A stretch of DNA of 64,000 bases from Gemmatimonadaceae bacterium (GCA_045803545.1 JBJMOW010000002.1:384001-448000), one strand, 5' to 3'; positions 54,750 through 64,000 are shown, counted from the stretch's first letter. Numbers and translations are program-made. Notes: a model not told the origin generated them from the letters alone.

Positions 54750-55912
54750 AGCGAGCGGCAATCATAGTTCTGGACGGCGTCGGAATTGGCGAAGCACCAG
54801 ACGCCGGCGAGTACGACGACCTCGGCAGCGATACACTCGGCAACGTCGCGCGCGACGTTGGCGGCCTCAAGCTGCCCCGGCTTGAGCGGTTTGGCCTGGG
54901 CAACATCAAACCACTGATGGGAATGGCCGCCCGCGGGGACGCCGCGGGCGCGTGGGGAAGCATGCGCCCAGCGTCCGCGGGAAAGGATAGTACGAGCGGG
55001 CATTGGGAGATCGCCGGCGTTCACCTCGAGCGCCCGTTTCCAACCTATCCGAACGGATTTCCTGAGAAGCTGCTCGAGCATTTTTCGCGGAAAACTGGCC
55101 GAACCATCATCGGCAACGTCGTCGGCAGCGGGACGGATGTGATCGACCGTTACGCGGAAGATCAGCGTCGCACCGGGGGCTGGATCGTTTACACCTCCGC
55201 GGATTCCGTCTTTCAGATTGCAGCAAACGAAGATGTAATCCCGCTGGCCGAGCTCTACGCAGCGTGCGAACAGGCGCGGGCGATGCTGGTTCCACCGAAC
55301 GACGTGTCGCGCGTCATTGCGCGGCCGTTCGTCGGTGAGCCGGGCGCTTACCAGCGGACATCAAATCGTCGCGATTATTCGATCGCCCCACCGTCCGAGA
55401 CGTTGCTCGACGCGCTCGCAAGCGCGGGAATTCCTCGATCGGGAGTCGGCAAAGTCGACGATTTATTCGCTGGCCGCTCGATCACCTCGGCACACACTGC
55501 GTCCAATGCTGATGGAATAGCCCTCATCAAACAGTGGCTGGGGAGCGCGGAAAGTGGGTTCCTGTTGGCCAACCTAGTAGATTTCGACCAGCAGTTTGGG
55601 CACCGCAACGACGTTGCGGGGTTTTATGGTGCGCTACGCGAATTCGACGCGGCCATACCCTCCCTTACATCGCGACTCCGAGAGGATGATCTGATTTTCA
55701 TTACTGCCGACCACGGCAACGATCCAACTACGCCTTCGACGGATCACGCCCGTGAGTGTGTGCCGCTATTGGCCGGCGGGATGCGTGTAGTGCCTCGCGA
55801 TCTCGGGGAGCGCCCGACCTTTTCGGATCTCGGCGCGACCGTTGCGGAATGGTTTGGCCTTTCTTTTCGGGGGCGCGGCAACTCGTTCCTCGCCGAGCTG
55901 ATCGTTCGATGA
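54746..55912 (+). CDS. deoB: Phosphopentomutase; probable CTG start
   Basis: KRAAIIVLDGVGIG N-terminus (upstream of the ORF-track start), GKDSTSGHWE, YTSADSVFQ, DQQFGHRND, TADHGNDP. Confidence 0.95.
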   Translation: MKRAAIIVLDGVGIGEAPDAGEYDDLGSDTLGNVARDVGGLKLPRLERFGLGNIKPLMGMAARGDAAGAWGSMRPASAGKDSTSGHWEIAGVHLERPFPTYPNGFPEKLLEHFSRKTGRTIIGNVVGSGTDVIDRYAEDQRRTGGWIVYTSADSVFQIAANEDVIPLAELYAACEQARAMLVPPNDVSRVIARPFVGEPGAYQRTSNRRDYSIAPPSETLLDALASAGIPRSGVGKVDDLFAGRSITSAHTASNADGIALIKQWLGSAESGFLLANLVDFDQQFGHRNDVAGFYGALREFDAAIPSLTSRLREDDLIFITADHGNDPTTPSTDHARECVPLLAGGMRVVPRDLGERPTFSDLGATVAEWFGLSFRGRGNSFLAELIVR

Positions 55913-56331
55913 AGCGCACATCTGAAAACCAAGCCACCTCCCCGTTGAAGGAGGCGGCTCTTCGCGCGCTGGACAACGCGTATGCGCCGTACTCGAACTT
56001 CCGGGTTGGTGCGGCATTGCGCACCCGCCGCGGGGAGATCGTCGTCGGCAGCAATATCGAGAATTCTGCCTACGGCCAGGCAATTTGTGCGGAAACCCTT
56101 GCCGTTGCCTCTGCTGTCTCACAAGGACTCAAGGACTTCGAGGAGATTGCAATCGCGACCGATGATCGGGAGCCGACTCCGCCCTGCGGAGCTTGCCGGC
56201 AGGTGCTAAGCGAATTCGCGCCGAACATCAGGGTGTCGAGTTACACTCGCAACGGCAAGGAAGCGGTGTGGTCACTGGGTGAGTTACTGCCGCACGCGTT
56301 CGTGCTCAACCATTCACGTGGAAGATCGTAG
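55909..56331 (+). CDS. cdd: Cytidine deaminase (tetrameric type)
   Basis: AYAPYSNFRVGAA, NIENSAY, CAE, PCGACRQ; ATGA overlap with deoB. Confidence 0.95.
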   Translation: MKRTSENQATSPLKEAALRALDNAYAPYSNFRVGAALRTRRGEIVVGSNIENSAYGQAICAETLAVASAVSQGLKDFEEIAIATDDREPTPPCGACRQVLSEFAPNIRVSSYTRNGKEAVWSLGELLPHAFVLNHSRGRS

Positions 56332-57590
56332 TGAAGCTTTCGTCAATACTGTCACAAGTCGCTATCAGCGCGGCTTTGTTCGTTTCGATATCGTCTTGCT
56401 CCGAAAATCTGGACAGCTCCGGCGTCTGCGACGTCCTGTGTCCGCCGATCGGCGGCAGCGTCAAGACGGTGACCATCGACGCCGTGTTGGTAGACACCAC
56501 CGTGCAGGCGCTGTCAGGGCTCGGGACCGAGCCGGCGCTCTTGCTCGCCAATCGCGGCGACACCCTCGATACCCGCGTCGTCATTCGCTTCGACTCGCTG
56601 CCGCAGAAGTTCATTCCGAAGAGCGACACATCGCAGGATATCCTGAGCGTCGACAGCGCGTACATCCTGCTGCGCCTCGATACGCTGGATATCAAGGGCA
56701 GCGATGTCATAACGATCGAGGCCTACGACGTCGACACCACTGCGAACGACACATCGACCGCCGACGTGCTCGCGCTGTTCCGGCCTGACCGTTTTATCTC
56801 GTCGCAGACCTACGCCCGGTCCCAACTGACTGACTCGCTCAAGTACTACATCGACAACGCCACAGTTTTGTCGAAGCTGCAGAATGGCAAACCGCTCAGA
56901 ATTGGGTTGAGGGCTACAGGAAACTCGTCATCACAGCTGGTGTTCTTCTCAGCCGAGGGCGGGTCATCGCCGGTAATGTTTTTCCGCGCGACGCCGGACA
57001 CGGCGACGGCACCGCTGGCCGTCGTGCCGTTCTCGAGGACACCGACAAGCGAATCTCTCGTTGCCCAGCATCTGAGCGATTACACCATCATCGCAAAGGG
57101 ACCGCCCGAGGCACCACCAAGCGTCCTCTCAGTCGGTGGACTGCCGCCGCGCCGCGTGTACGTTCGCTTCGACATTCCCTCGATGATCATCGATTCGTCG
57201 ACTGTAGTGCGCGCGACGTTGCTACTCAATCAGATCCAGAATAATTCACTCGATCCAGGCGACACCATCCGTGTCGTACCGCAGGTCGTGCTTGCCGGAA
57301 CTGCAGTGACTGATCCGTCGAAGGCGGCGCAGATCATCGGCAACATTTCCGCGGACACGCTCAAGATCACCGCCGGGCACGCCGGCAACGTCGACGTTGA
57401 ATTGGCGAACGCGTTCACTCTATGGCGGACACAACAGCCGGACACGCTTCCGCGCGCAATTGTCCTCAAGTCAGCGGTCGAAGGCACGTCGGCGATCGAG
57501 ATGCGCTTCTCCTCGAGCGAAGACATCGCGGCACTGCGTCCTCGTTTGCGAATCAGTTACACTACGCGGGTTCCACTCGGACTTCCATGA
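56331..57590 (+). CDS. Beta-rich lipoprotein of unknown function
   Basis: Signal peptide ending ISSC; CDVLC motif; C-terminal RPRLRISYT. Confidence 0.75.
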   Translation: MKLSSILSQVAISAALFVSISSCSENLDSSGVCDVLCPPIGGSVKTVTIDAVLVDTTVQALSGLGTEPALLLANRGDTLDTRVVIRFDSLPQKFIPKSDTSQDILSVDSAYILLRLDTLDIKGSDVITIEAYDVDTTANDTSTADVLALFRPDRFISSQTYARSQLTDSLKYYIDNATVLSKLQNGKPLRIGLRATGNSSSQLVFFSAEGGSSPVMFFRATPDTATAPLAVVPFSRTPTSESLVAQHLSDYTIIAKGPPEAPPSVLSVGGLPPRRVYVRFDIPSMIIDSSTVVRATLLLNQIQNNSLDPGDTIRVVPQVVLAGTAVTDPSKAAQIIGNISADTLKITAGHAGNVDVELANAFTLWRTQQPDTLPRAIVLKSAVEGTSAIEMRFSSSEDIAALRPRLRISYTTRVPLGLP

Positions 57591-58783
57591 CGCGCTTCTC
57601 ACTAGTCGCCGCTCTGGCTTTCATATCGGCTTCCTCTGCTTACGCGCAGGGAGCGTTGAGCACACAAGGCCTGGGCTATCCGGCGGGCGAGATGAGCGCC
57701 CGCGCCGAGGGCACCGGCACTGGCGTCGCGGACTTCGACGCGCTGAGTCTCACTTCGCCGGCAGCCATCGCCGGCGTCGGGTCGGCCGCGGTCTACTTCC
57801 AGTATTCGCCGGAATTCCGTCGCGTCACTACGGTGGGTGGTCATGCAAGCACGACGACTGCGCGCTTCCCGGTCGTGCTCGGCGTACTGCCGATGGGTCA
57901 GTCGTGGACGCTCGGGCTGAGCTCCTCGACTTTTCTCGATCGCTCACTCGAGACAAGCCTGAATCGGAAAGAGGTGATTGGCGCCGACACCGACACCGTG
58001 GTCGTGACGGAGCGAAATAACGTGCTTGGCGCAATCAACGATATTCGATTGGCGCTGGCGTGGTCGGCCGGACCGGCGTTCCGCATTGGATTCGGTGGGC
58101 ACGTTTTCGCGGGCAGCAACCGGATCACGCTTTCGCAGCTCTATCCCGACAGCTCCAAGTACATCAGCAATGCGCAAGTCAACCGAATCAGTTATGCGGG
58201 CTTGGCGGCTTCAGTGGGACTCGAGTACCATCCTTCGCGAACGTTCGGGTTCGCGCTGGCAGCGCGCAAAGGCGGTGATCTGCGCGCGCAGTCGAACGAC
58301 ACGACCATTGGCAGCGGACGCCTACCGGATCACTATTCCGGATCGATTACGTACGAGGGACTTCCCGGCACGATTATCTCAGCCCGGCTGGCGCACGACT
58401 CCTGGAGCTCGCTGAGCACGTTGTCATCGACCGGTATTCAGGCTTTCGATGGTTGGGACGGTGGGTTCGGTATCGAGGCGAGCGGTCCGCGATTGCTGCA
58501 ACGCATTATCACCGTGCGCGCTGGTGCACGGTTCCGCACCCTGCCGTTCGGCGCGCCAGTCGTAACGCAGACCTGCGACGTCTCAGGCTTTTGTACGGTT
58601 GTGGTGTCTAGCACAACGGCCAGCAAGGTATCCGAGCGCTCCTTTGCGGCCGGACTTGGGATTCCGTTGACGCGGGATCGCGCAGCCCTCGATGTTTCCT
58701 TGCAGCGCGCAACTCGGGATGCTGGTACTAACGTGAAGGAGCGCGGTCTCATTTTGAGCTTCGGCCTCAGAGTATCGCCCTGA
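57587..58783 (+). CDS. Outer-membrane beta-barrel protein (FadL-like by pattern)
   Basis: Signal ending AYA-Q; N-terminal SARAEGTG...SPAAIA hatch-like motif; alternating beta strands; C-terminal LILSFGLRV. Confidence 0.7.
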   Translation: MTRFSLVAALAFISASSAYAQGALSTQGLGYPAGEMSARAEGTGTGVADFDALSLTSPAAIAGVGSAAVYFQYSPEFRRVTTVGGHASTTTARFPVVLGVLPMGQSWTLGLSSSTFLDRSLETSLNRKEVIGADTDTVVVTERNNVLGAINDIRLALAWSAGPAFRIGFGGHVFAGSNRITLSQLYPDSSKYISNAQVNRISYAGLAASVGLEYHPSRTFGFALAARKGGDLRAQSNDTTIGSGRLPDHYSGSITYEGLPGTIISARLAHDSWSSLSTLSSTGIQAFDGWDGGFGIEASGPRLLQRIITVRAGARFRTLPFGAPVVTQTCDVSGFCTVVVSSTTASKVSERSFAAGLGIPLTRDRAALDVSLQRATRDAGTNVKERGLILSFGLRVSP

Positions 58784-58784
58784 T

Positions 58785-59984
58785 ATGGCGGAATCGGCCA
58801 CGGCAAAGTCCGAGCTGATTCTCGTCGCCGACGACATTCCGGCAAACGTCGAGCTGCTACTCGATCAGCTCAATAGTCTCGGATACGAAACTACTACGGC
58901 GGTGGATGGTCCTTCCGCCGTTGCGGCCGCATTCGAAAGGCACCCCGACCTCTGCATCCTCGACGTTGCGATGCCGGCGGGCAATCTCGGTGTCGATGAC
59001 CGATCGACCGGCTTCGAGGTGTGTCGCCGAATCAAACGCGATCCGCGCACGTCGCGCATCCCGGTTATTTTCGTCACCGCGCTAAACGACACCAGCGACC
59101 GTGTCCGCGCCATCGAAGCGGGCGGCGATGATTTTCTGACCAAGCCGCACAATCGGCTCGTGCTTGGCGCGCGCGTCCGGAGTCTGCTCAAACTGAAGGC
59201 TGCGACGGACGCACTCGAGGACAGCCTGCGCAAGCTCCGCGAGCTCGAGAAGGTTCGCGACGATTTGATGAAGATGATCGTGCACGACCTCAAGACACCT
59301 TTGACGTCGGTGCTTGCCACCCTGGAGATGCTCTCGGACGGCGATTTCGGCGACGTGTCTATCAAACAGAAGGCGGCGATCGGCGACGCGGAGACTAAAG
59401 CCGAAGATTTGCTGGCGCTCATCGAGGACATACTGGAGGTTGCGCGGATCGAGGAAGCCACGATCTCGCTATCCCTCGGGCCCATCGCACCGGGCGCGTT
59501 GCTGGCGGAGTTGATTCACGAATGGGGGCACCGCTTCCAGCAGGAGCGGACGACAACCGAAGTCAACGTCGCCGATGATGCACCGGTGTTCAGTGGCGAC
59601 AAGAATCTGATCAAGCGCGTTTTTTCGAATCTCATTCAGAACGCCGTCGCGCACTCGTCACACCCGGTGCGCCTCGACCTCTCGGCACGGAAAGCTGGAC
59701 ATGGAGTCTTGTTCACCGTCAGTGACAACGGGCCGGGCATCCCGCCTGAGTACCACGAAGTGATTTTCAGAAAATTTGGTCAGGTCGAGATGCTGCGAAC
59801 GCCTCGCACTCGCAGCTCGGGCCTGGGCCTTACGTTCTGCAAGCTCGTGGTCGAGCGACACGGCGGTCGGATCTGGGTGAACAGCGCTGAGGGGAAGGGA
59901 AGCTCGTTCTACATCGAGTTGCCTGCTGATCCAGCTTACTTCGAGTCGACGGTGGGTGCAGGCGCGGGCGCAGCGCGAAGCTGA
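58785..59984 (+). CDS. Cytoplasmic hybrid REC-HisKA-HATPase kinase
   Basis: ADD, LDVAMP, TKP; VHDLKTP, NLIQNA, DNGPGI, GLGL. Confidence 0.92.
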   Translation: MAESATAKSELILVADDIPANVELLLDQLNSLGYETTTAVDGPSAVAAAFERHPDLCILDVAMPAGNLGVDDRSTGFEVCRRIKRDPRTSRIPVIFVTALNDTSDRVRAIEAGGDDFLTKPHNRLVLGARVRSLLKLKAATDALEDSLRKLRELEKVRDDLMKMIVHDLKTPLTSVLATLEMLSDGDFGDVSIKQKAAIGDAETKAEDLLALIEDILEVARIEEATISLSLGPIAPGALLAELIHEWGHRFQQERTTTEVNVADDAPVFSGDKNLIKRVFSNLIQNAVAHSSHPVRLDLSARKAGHGVLFTVSDNGPGIPPEYHEVIFRKFGQVEMLRTPRTRSSGLGLTFCKLVVERHGGRIWVNSAEGKGSSFYIELPADPAYFESTVGAGAGAARS

Positions 59985-59992
59985 CCGATAAT

Positions 59993-60072
59993 TGTCCCGT
60001 CGCCTGAAGCGAATAGCTATTAGCTAGCTGCTATCGCTACCAGCGCGGTAGTTCGCTTCTAAGTTCGCAGTT
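59993..60072 (-). repeat. Solo copy of the ftsA-ftsZ repeat arm
   Basis: 60042-60072 is the exact 31-nt reverse complement of 34200-34230; similarity continues to 59993 (TGTCCCGTCGC). Confidence 0.9.
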
Positions 60073-60084
60073 AGCTTTCTAAGA

Positions 60085-61425
60085 ATGTCCGACCACTCCC
60101 GACCGACCGTCTACATCGAAACCTACGGGTGCCAGATGAACGTCAGCGATACCGAGCTGATGCTCGGCAAGCTCGCGGACTCCGGCTACCAGTCGGTAGA
60201 TAAGCCTGATGGTGCGGACGTGATTTTGATCAACACCTGCGCGATACGCGATCACGCGGAGCAGCGGGTGATTGGGCGACTCGGCGAGATCAAGAGCAAG
60301 ATGAAGCGTGACGCCGTGCTCGGGGTTACGGGATGCATGGCGCAGCGCCTTGGAACGCAATTGCTCGATCGCGTCAAACATGTGAGTCTGGTGATTGGTC
60401 CCGACGGATACCGCGAGCTCCCCTCACTGATCGAAAACGCGCGCAACGGCGAGCGCTCGACCGCCGTCGAGTTTGATCTGGAGGAGCACTACGAAGACTT
60501 CAGTCCTCGCCGATTTGACGGGGTAAAAGCCTGGATTCCGGTGCAGCGCGGCTGCGACTACAAGTGCACCTACTGCATCGTGCCGACGACGCGCGGTCCC
60601 GAGCGCAGCCGTCAGCTCGCAGATGTCGTGCGGGAAGTTGAGTCGGTCGTCGAGTCCGGGATTTCGGAAGTCGTGCTGCTCGGCCAGACCGTGAACTCCT
60701 ACTTCGATGGTGAGTACGATTTCGCTGCGCTGTTGCGCGCAGTAGGCAGCGTGCGTGGGATTCGCCGGCTTCGCTTTACAAGTCCACACCCGAATGATTT
60801 CACCGACGCTGTGATCGGAGCGATGGCGGAAACGGAAGCGTTTTGCGAGCACGTTCACTTGCCGATGCAGTCGGGCTCGACTCGTACCCTCAAGCGCATG
60901 CTGCGCCGTTACACGCGCGATGATTACTTCGAGTGTGCCGAGCGGCTGCGAAAAGCGATTCCAGGGCTGGCGCTGACGACGGACATCATCGTCGGGTTCC
61001 CCGGTGAGACGGAAGAAGACTTCGAGGAGACGCTGAGCGCGGTGCAGGCGCTGGAGTTCGAGGACGCGTACACCTTCAAGTTCTCGCCACGCGCTGGCAC
61101 ACCCGCGACCCGCTTCCCGCCGACCGACACGATCCCGGACGAGGTCGCGAGCGCGCGACTCGATCGACTGATCAAAGCCGTTCGTTCCGGCAGTCGTGAG
61201 CGCAATATCACGCTGCTCGGCCAGCGGCGGGAAGTGCTCGTCGAGAAAGCGGCGAAACGCGGTGGCCTGCTGCAGTCTCGCACGCGCGACTTCAAGACTG
61301 TGATGATCCCTGGCGATGCATCGTTGATCGGCAGGTATTTTCAGGTCGAGCTCACTGGCACCACCGGATCCACTTTCCTCGGACAGATCGTCGCCCAGCG
61401 GGCGGCGCTACCGCTAGCCGGCTAG
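60085..61425 (+). CDS. miaB: tRNA ms2i6A37 methylthiotransferase MiaB
   Basis: TYGCQMN, NTCAIR, GCMAQ, CDYKCTYC radical-SAM motif, DIIVGFPGE, C-terminal TRAM-like domain. Confidence 0.96.
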   Translation: MSDHSRPTVYIETYGCQMNVSDTELMLGKLADSGYQSVDKPDGADVILINTCAIRDHAEQRVIGRLGEIKSKMKRDAVLGVTGCMAQRLGTQLLDRVKHVSLVIGPDGYRELPSLIENARNGERSTAVEFDLEEHYEDFSPRRFDGVKAWIPVQRGCDYKCTYCIVPTTRGPERSRQLADVVREVESVVESGISEVVLLGQTVNSYFDGEYDFAALLRAVGSVRGIRRLRFTSPHPNDFTDAVIGAMAETEAFCEHVHLPMQSGSTRTLKRMLRRYTRDDYFECAERLRKAIPGLALTTDIIVGFPGETEEDFEETLSAVQALEFEDAYTFKFSPRAGTPATRFPPTDTIPDEVASARLDRLIKAVRSGSRERNITLLGQRREVLVEKAAKRGGLLQSRTRDFKTVMIPGDASLIGRYFQVELTGTTGSTFLGQIVAQRAALPLAG

Positions 61426-61512
61426 AGCGCATATCGTCTCTGCGCGCGCGAGATCGGTGTCGCGCGCGTCCATGCCACAAGCGAATGTCGGGCAGCACAA
61501 TTCGGAGCTCGG

Positions 61513-63525
61513 CTGCCGCTCATCACTGGCGCATATCTCGCCTACCTCGCCGGTTCGCTGGCGGGTTTTACGGATTTTGCCTGGGCCGCAGTCCTCGGCG
61601 CGGCAGTAGTTGTCGTAGGTGCAATTATCCGTCGACGAGCTGATTGGGCGAGCTACGCGGCGCTGGTCGCCGCAGCCGCCGTCGTCGCGCTTGCCACGCC
61701 AGATCCGTCCAGACCGGCGGCTGGCGAAAAAAAGGCTAGTCCGGACTTCCTGACGCGCGTGCGCTTGCGCGCCGGGCGAGCGATCGACCGGACCTTCGTC
61801 GATGACGCGCCGCTCGCGAGAGCGCTGCTCATCGCCGATCAGCATGAAATCCCGACGGAAATGCGCGATCGCTATGCGGCAGCGGGCATCATCCACATGC
61901 TGTCGATCTCCGGTTTGCATGTAGCTGTAATTGCCGCAGCGATCGAGCTTTTGTTTCAAGTCGCGCGATTATCGAGAAGGACTTCGTTAATCGGCGCTTT
62001 CGCCGTGACCGTCGCCTATGTCGCGGTGATAGGCGCGCCCGCCCCCGCCGTGCGCTCGGCTACAATGCTGGGGGTGGCGATTCTCTCTCGCCTCGCGCAA
62101 CGACCCACCTCCGTGTGGGCCTCGTGGGCACTAGGTGCCTTTGTACCGCTCGTCAACCCTCGTACTGCGCTCGATGTCGGCTACCAACTGAGCGTGATCG
62201 GGATGTGCGCGCTCGTCGCGGCAGGTCGTTTGTGGAACCGTCGCTTCTCCGGCAAGATCGACGGGCTGAAGGGAAAGATTGCTCGCGAGCTCATGACGTC
62301 TCTCGTTGCCTGCGCAATCACGGCGCCTCTCGTGGCGTGGGTATTCGGCAGGGTAAGCCTGATTGCGCCGCTGGCGAACCTCGTTGCCGCGCCGGTGATC
62401 ACGTTGGCGCAACCAATCCTCTTTCTCGCGCTCGTCGCAGCCCCCGTGGGCGCGGTCGGACAATTCTTTGCGCAAGCAGTGCATCCGCTGCTCTTTGCGT
62501 TCGACTGGATCTCATGGACGGCTGCGTCTATTCCGTATGCTTCTATTACGGTTGGAGCTACGCCGGTGACCGCATTGCTCGGTGCAGCGGCAGCTGTGGC
62601 GCTGATCATTGCCTGCACCACGAGACATCCTGCGCGTCCCGCGATTATCGCGCTCGCGGCGGTGTCGTTGATGGCGTCGGCGCCGTTTCTGCCTCAACCA
62701 GACGACCATCGTGTCGAGCTAGATGTGCTTGACGTAGGTCAGGGTGATGCGATTCTCCTGCGCACCGATGCTGGACGCTGGGTAGTGTTCGATGCAGGAC
62801 CCGCGTGGCGCGGTGGTGACGCTGGCCGATCGAACATCATGCCGTTCATTCTCCGCCGCGGCGGTGAGGTTGATGCATTCGTTCTGTCGCACCCTCACAC
62901 CGATCACGTCGGCGGCGCGGCGAGCGTGATCAACGCACTACACCCGCGGGTATATTGGGATGCTGCTTTTGCGGGCGGCTCGGAAGCCTACAGTTCGTCG
63001 CTACTCGCTGCGGAACGCAGTCACGTCGAGTGGAGAAGAGTGCATCCCGGAGATTCCATTCAGCTCGATGGAGTCACTGTCTCTTTCCTCGCCCCCGATT
63101 CCACCTGGACGGTCGGCCTGAAGGATCCGAACCTGTCGAGCACCATTGCCCTGATACAGTATGGAACGGTCCGGTTTCTCCTTGTCGGCGATGCCGAGGT
63201 GGAAGAAGAGAACTGGCTGCTCGAGCACTACGGTGACGGGCTCCGCGCGGACGTGCTCAAGGTGGGACATCACGGCAGCTCCACCAGCAGCAGCGACGCT
63301 TTCCTGCGCGCGGTTCGGCCGTCGCTCGCACTGATTTCGGTTGGCGCAGGCAACATGTATGGTCATCCAAGCGAAGACGTCCTATACGCTCTGCGTCGGA
63401 GTGGCAGCGAGATACTTCGCACTGACCAAGCGGGAACGATTAGCATTCGGACTGACGGACAACACATCGAAGTAGCGACGAGAGCGAGTAAATGGGAATT
63501 GGTGCGCGGGTCATTGGGGCACTGA
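61513..63525 (+). CDS. comEC: ComEC/Rec2 DNA-uptake channel with metallo-beta-lactamase domain; probable CTG start
   Basis: GIIHMLSISGLHV, DVGYQLS, DVGQGDA, SHPHTDH, KVGHHGS, YGHP; an in-frame hydrophobic N-terminus extends upstream of 61759. Confidence 0.92.
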   Translation: MPLITGAYLAYLAGSLAGFTDFAWAAVLGAAVVVVGAIIRRRADWASYAALVAAAAVVALATPDPSRPAAGEKKASPDFLTRVRLRAGRAIDRTFVDDAPLARALLIADQHEIPTEMRDRYAAAGIIHMLSISGLHVAVIAAAIELLFQVARLSRRTSLIGAFAVTVAYVAVIGAPAPAVRSATMLGVAILSRLAQRPTSVWASWALGAFVPLVNPRTALDVGYQLSVIGMCALVAAGRLWNRRFSGKIDGLKGKIARELMTSLVACAITAPLVAWVFGRVSLIAPLANLVAAPVITLAQPILFLALVAAPVGAVGQFFAQAVHPLLFAFDWISWTAASIPYASITVGATPVTALLGAAAAVALIIACTTRHPARPAIIALAAVSLMASAPFLPQPDDHRVELDVLDVGQGDAILLRTDAGRWVVFDAGPAWRGGDAGRSNIMPFILRRGGEVDAFVLSHPHTDHVGGAASVINALHPRVYWDAAFAGGSEAYSSSLLAAERSHVEWRRVHPGDSIQLDGVTVSFLAPDSTWTVGLKDPNLSSTIALIQYGTVRFLLVGDAEVEEENWLLEHYGDGLRADVLKVGHHGSSTSSSDAFLRAVRPSLALISVGAGNMYGHPSEDVLYALRRSGSEILRTDQAGTISIRTDGQHIEVATRASKWELVRGSLGH

Positions 63526-63878
63526 TTGGTGAGCCGGTCCAGCTTCCTGTCGAGTTGGTGCAACGCTTTCCCGAGTTGCGGAAGGCCAGGTACAGGCGAG
63601 GCGGGCTCCCTGTCCGAATAGGTGGCTGGTCACTTGGGACCAGCAGTGCTGCGGCAATTACGCTCTGGCGCACTGTGTTCATCTCACCCCGCACGGCTCT
63701 TACAGCGGAACTGCTCTTGCACGAGTTGAGACACGTTCATCAATTTTCGGAGAGCTGGGCCTTTCCTTTCAGCTACCTCTGGCAATCCATTCGTTACGGT
63801 TACAGCCGTAACGCTTACGAGGTTGATGCGCGTCGCTACTCGGCGGTCCGCCTCAATACGGCCAAAAAGGAATCATGA
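63492..63878 (+). CDS. Small HEXXH zinc-peptidase-like protein (DUF4157-like)
   Basis: AAITL, LLLHELRHVHQF, YSRNAYEVDAR. Confidence 0.75.
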   Translation: MGIGARVIGALIGEPVQLPVELVQRFPELRKARYRRGGLPVRIGGWSLGTSSAAAITLWRTVFISPRTALTAELLLHELRHVHQFSESWAFPFSYLWQSIRYGYSRNAYEVDARRYSAVRLNTAKKES

Positions 63879-64000
63879 GTGGTTAAGCACACTGCGACTT
63901 CCGTCGTAACAATCGACCGTTTCATCATCGAGCAGGAAAAGCTTCACCCGGAAGCCACGGGCGAGCTCTCCGGTGTGCTCTATGACCTGGCCCTTGCCGC
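63879..64000 (+). CDS. fbp: Class 1 fructose-1,6-bisphosphatase, 3'-truncated by the window edge
   Basis: GTG 63879 opens [40 protein letters not shown], the typical FBPase-I N-terminus. Confidence 0.85.
   Translation, partial: MVKHTATSVVTIDRFIIEQEKLHPEATGELSGVLYDLALA

Noticed and set aside
57422..57586. N-terminal extension of the beta-barrel ORF
   Set aside because: It overlaps the lipoprotein gene; the signal peptide starts at ATG 57587 with an ATGA overlap.
61423..61512. miaB-comEC read-through fusion (same frame across one TAG)
   Set aside because: MiaB is complete at the TAG, the linker has no motif, and a CTG with SD explains comEC more simply.
61727..61733. A7 runs (here and at 16530-16536) as phase-variation tracts
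   Set aside because: The runs are short, both genes are in frame, and Lys codons explain them.

Overview
A GC-rich (roughly 60-65% by eye) bacterial core-chromosome segment with no integrase, transposase, phage or CRISPR signal. Gene content suggests a diderm of the FCB group, most plausibly Gemmatimonadota (inference). Order: ileS (5'-truncated)-DksA-like-lspA-rluD, running directly into a tightly coupled 14-gene signalling cluster (cheW-cheY-cheA-cheC-TPR-DUF4388-three Roadblock/MglB-mglA-small ORF-DUF4388/TPR-cheR-cheB) that has no chemoreceptor and no cheD. Next come an orphan rfbB, a small membrane ORF, tRNA-Val(TAC), a secreted TPR protein, the dcw cluster (rsmH to ftsZ, without mraZ, murB or ddl), an M23 peptidase, ftsY and recG. 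The middle holds a sensor kinase with a lipoprotein, an M20 peptidase and an IclR-cyanophycinase-susC-susD locus. The right end holds asnS, an orphan encapsulated-ferritin-like gene, mazG, alr-deoB-cdd-lipoprotein-beta-barrel-hybrid kinase, miaB, comEC, a HEXXH protein and the start of fbp. The best candidates for undescribed biology are the Che-Mgl hybrid cluster and a putative SusCD-based cyanophycin-scavenging locus. Also notable: heptamer-built inverted-repeat elements, three apparent CTG start codons, several apparently leaderless genes and paired DnaA boxes before ftsZ. All family assignments come from motif recognition by eye; no searches were run.
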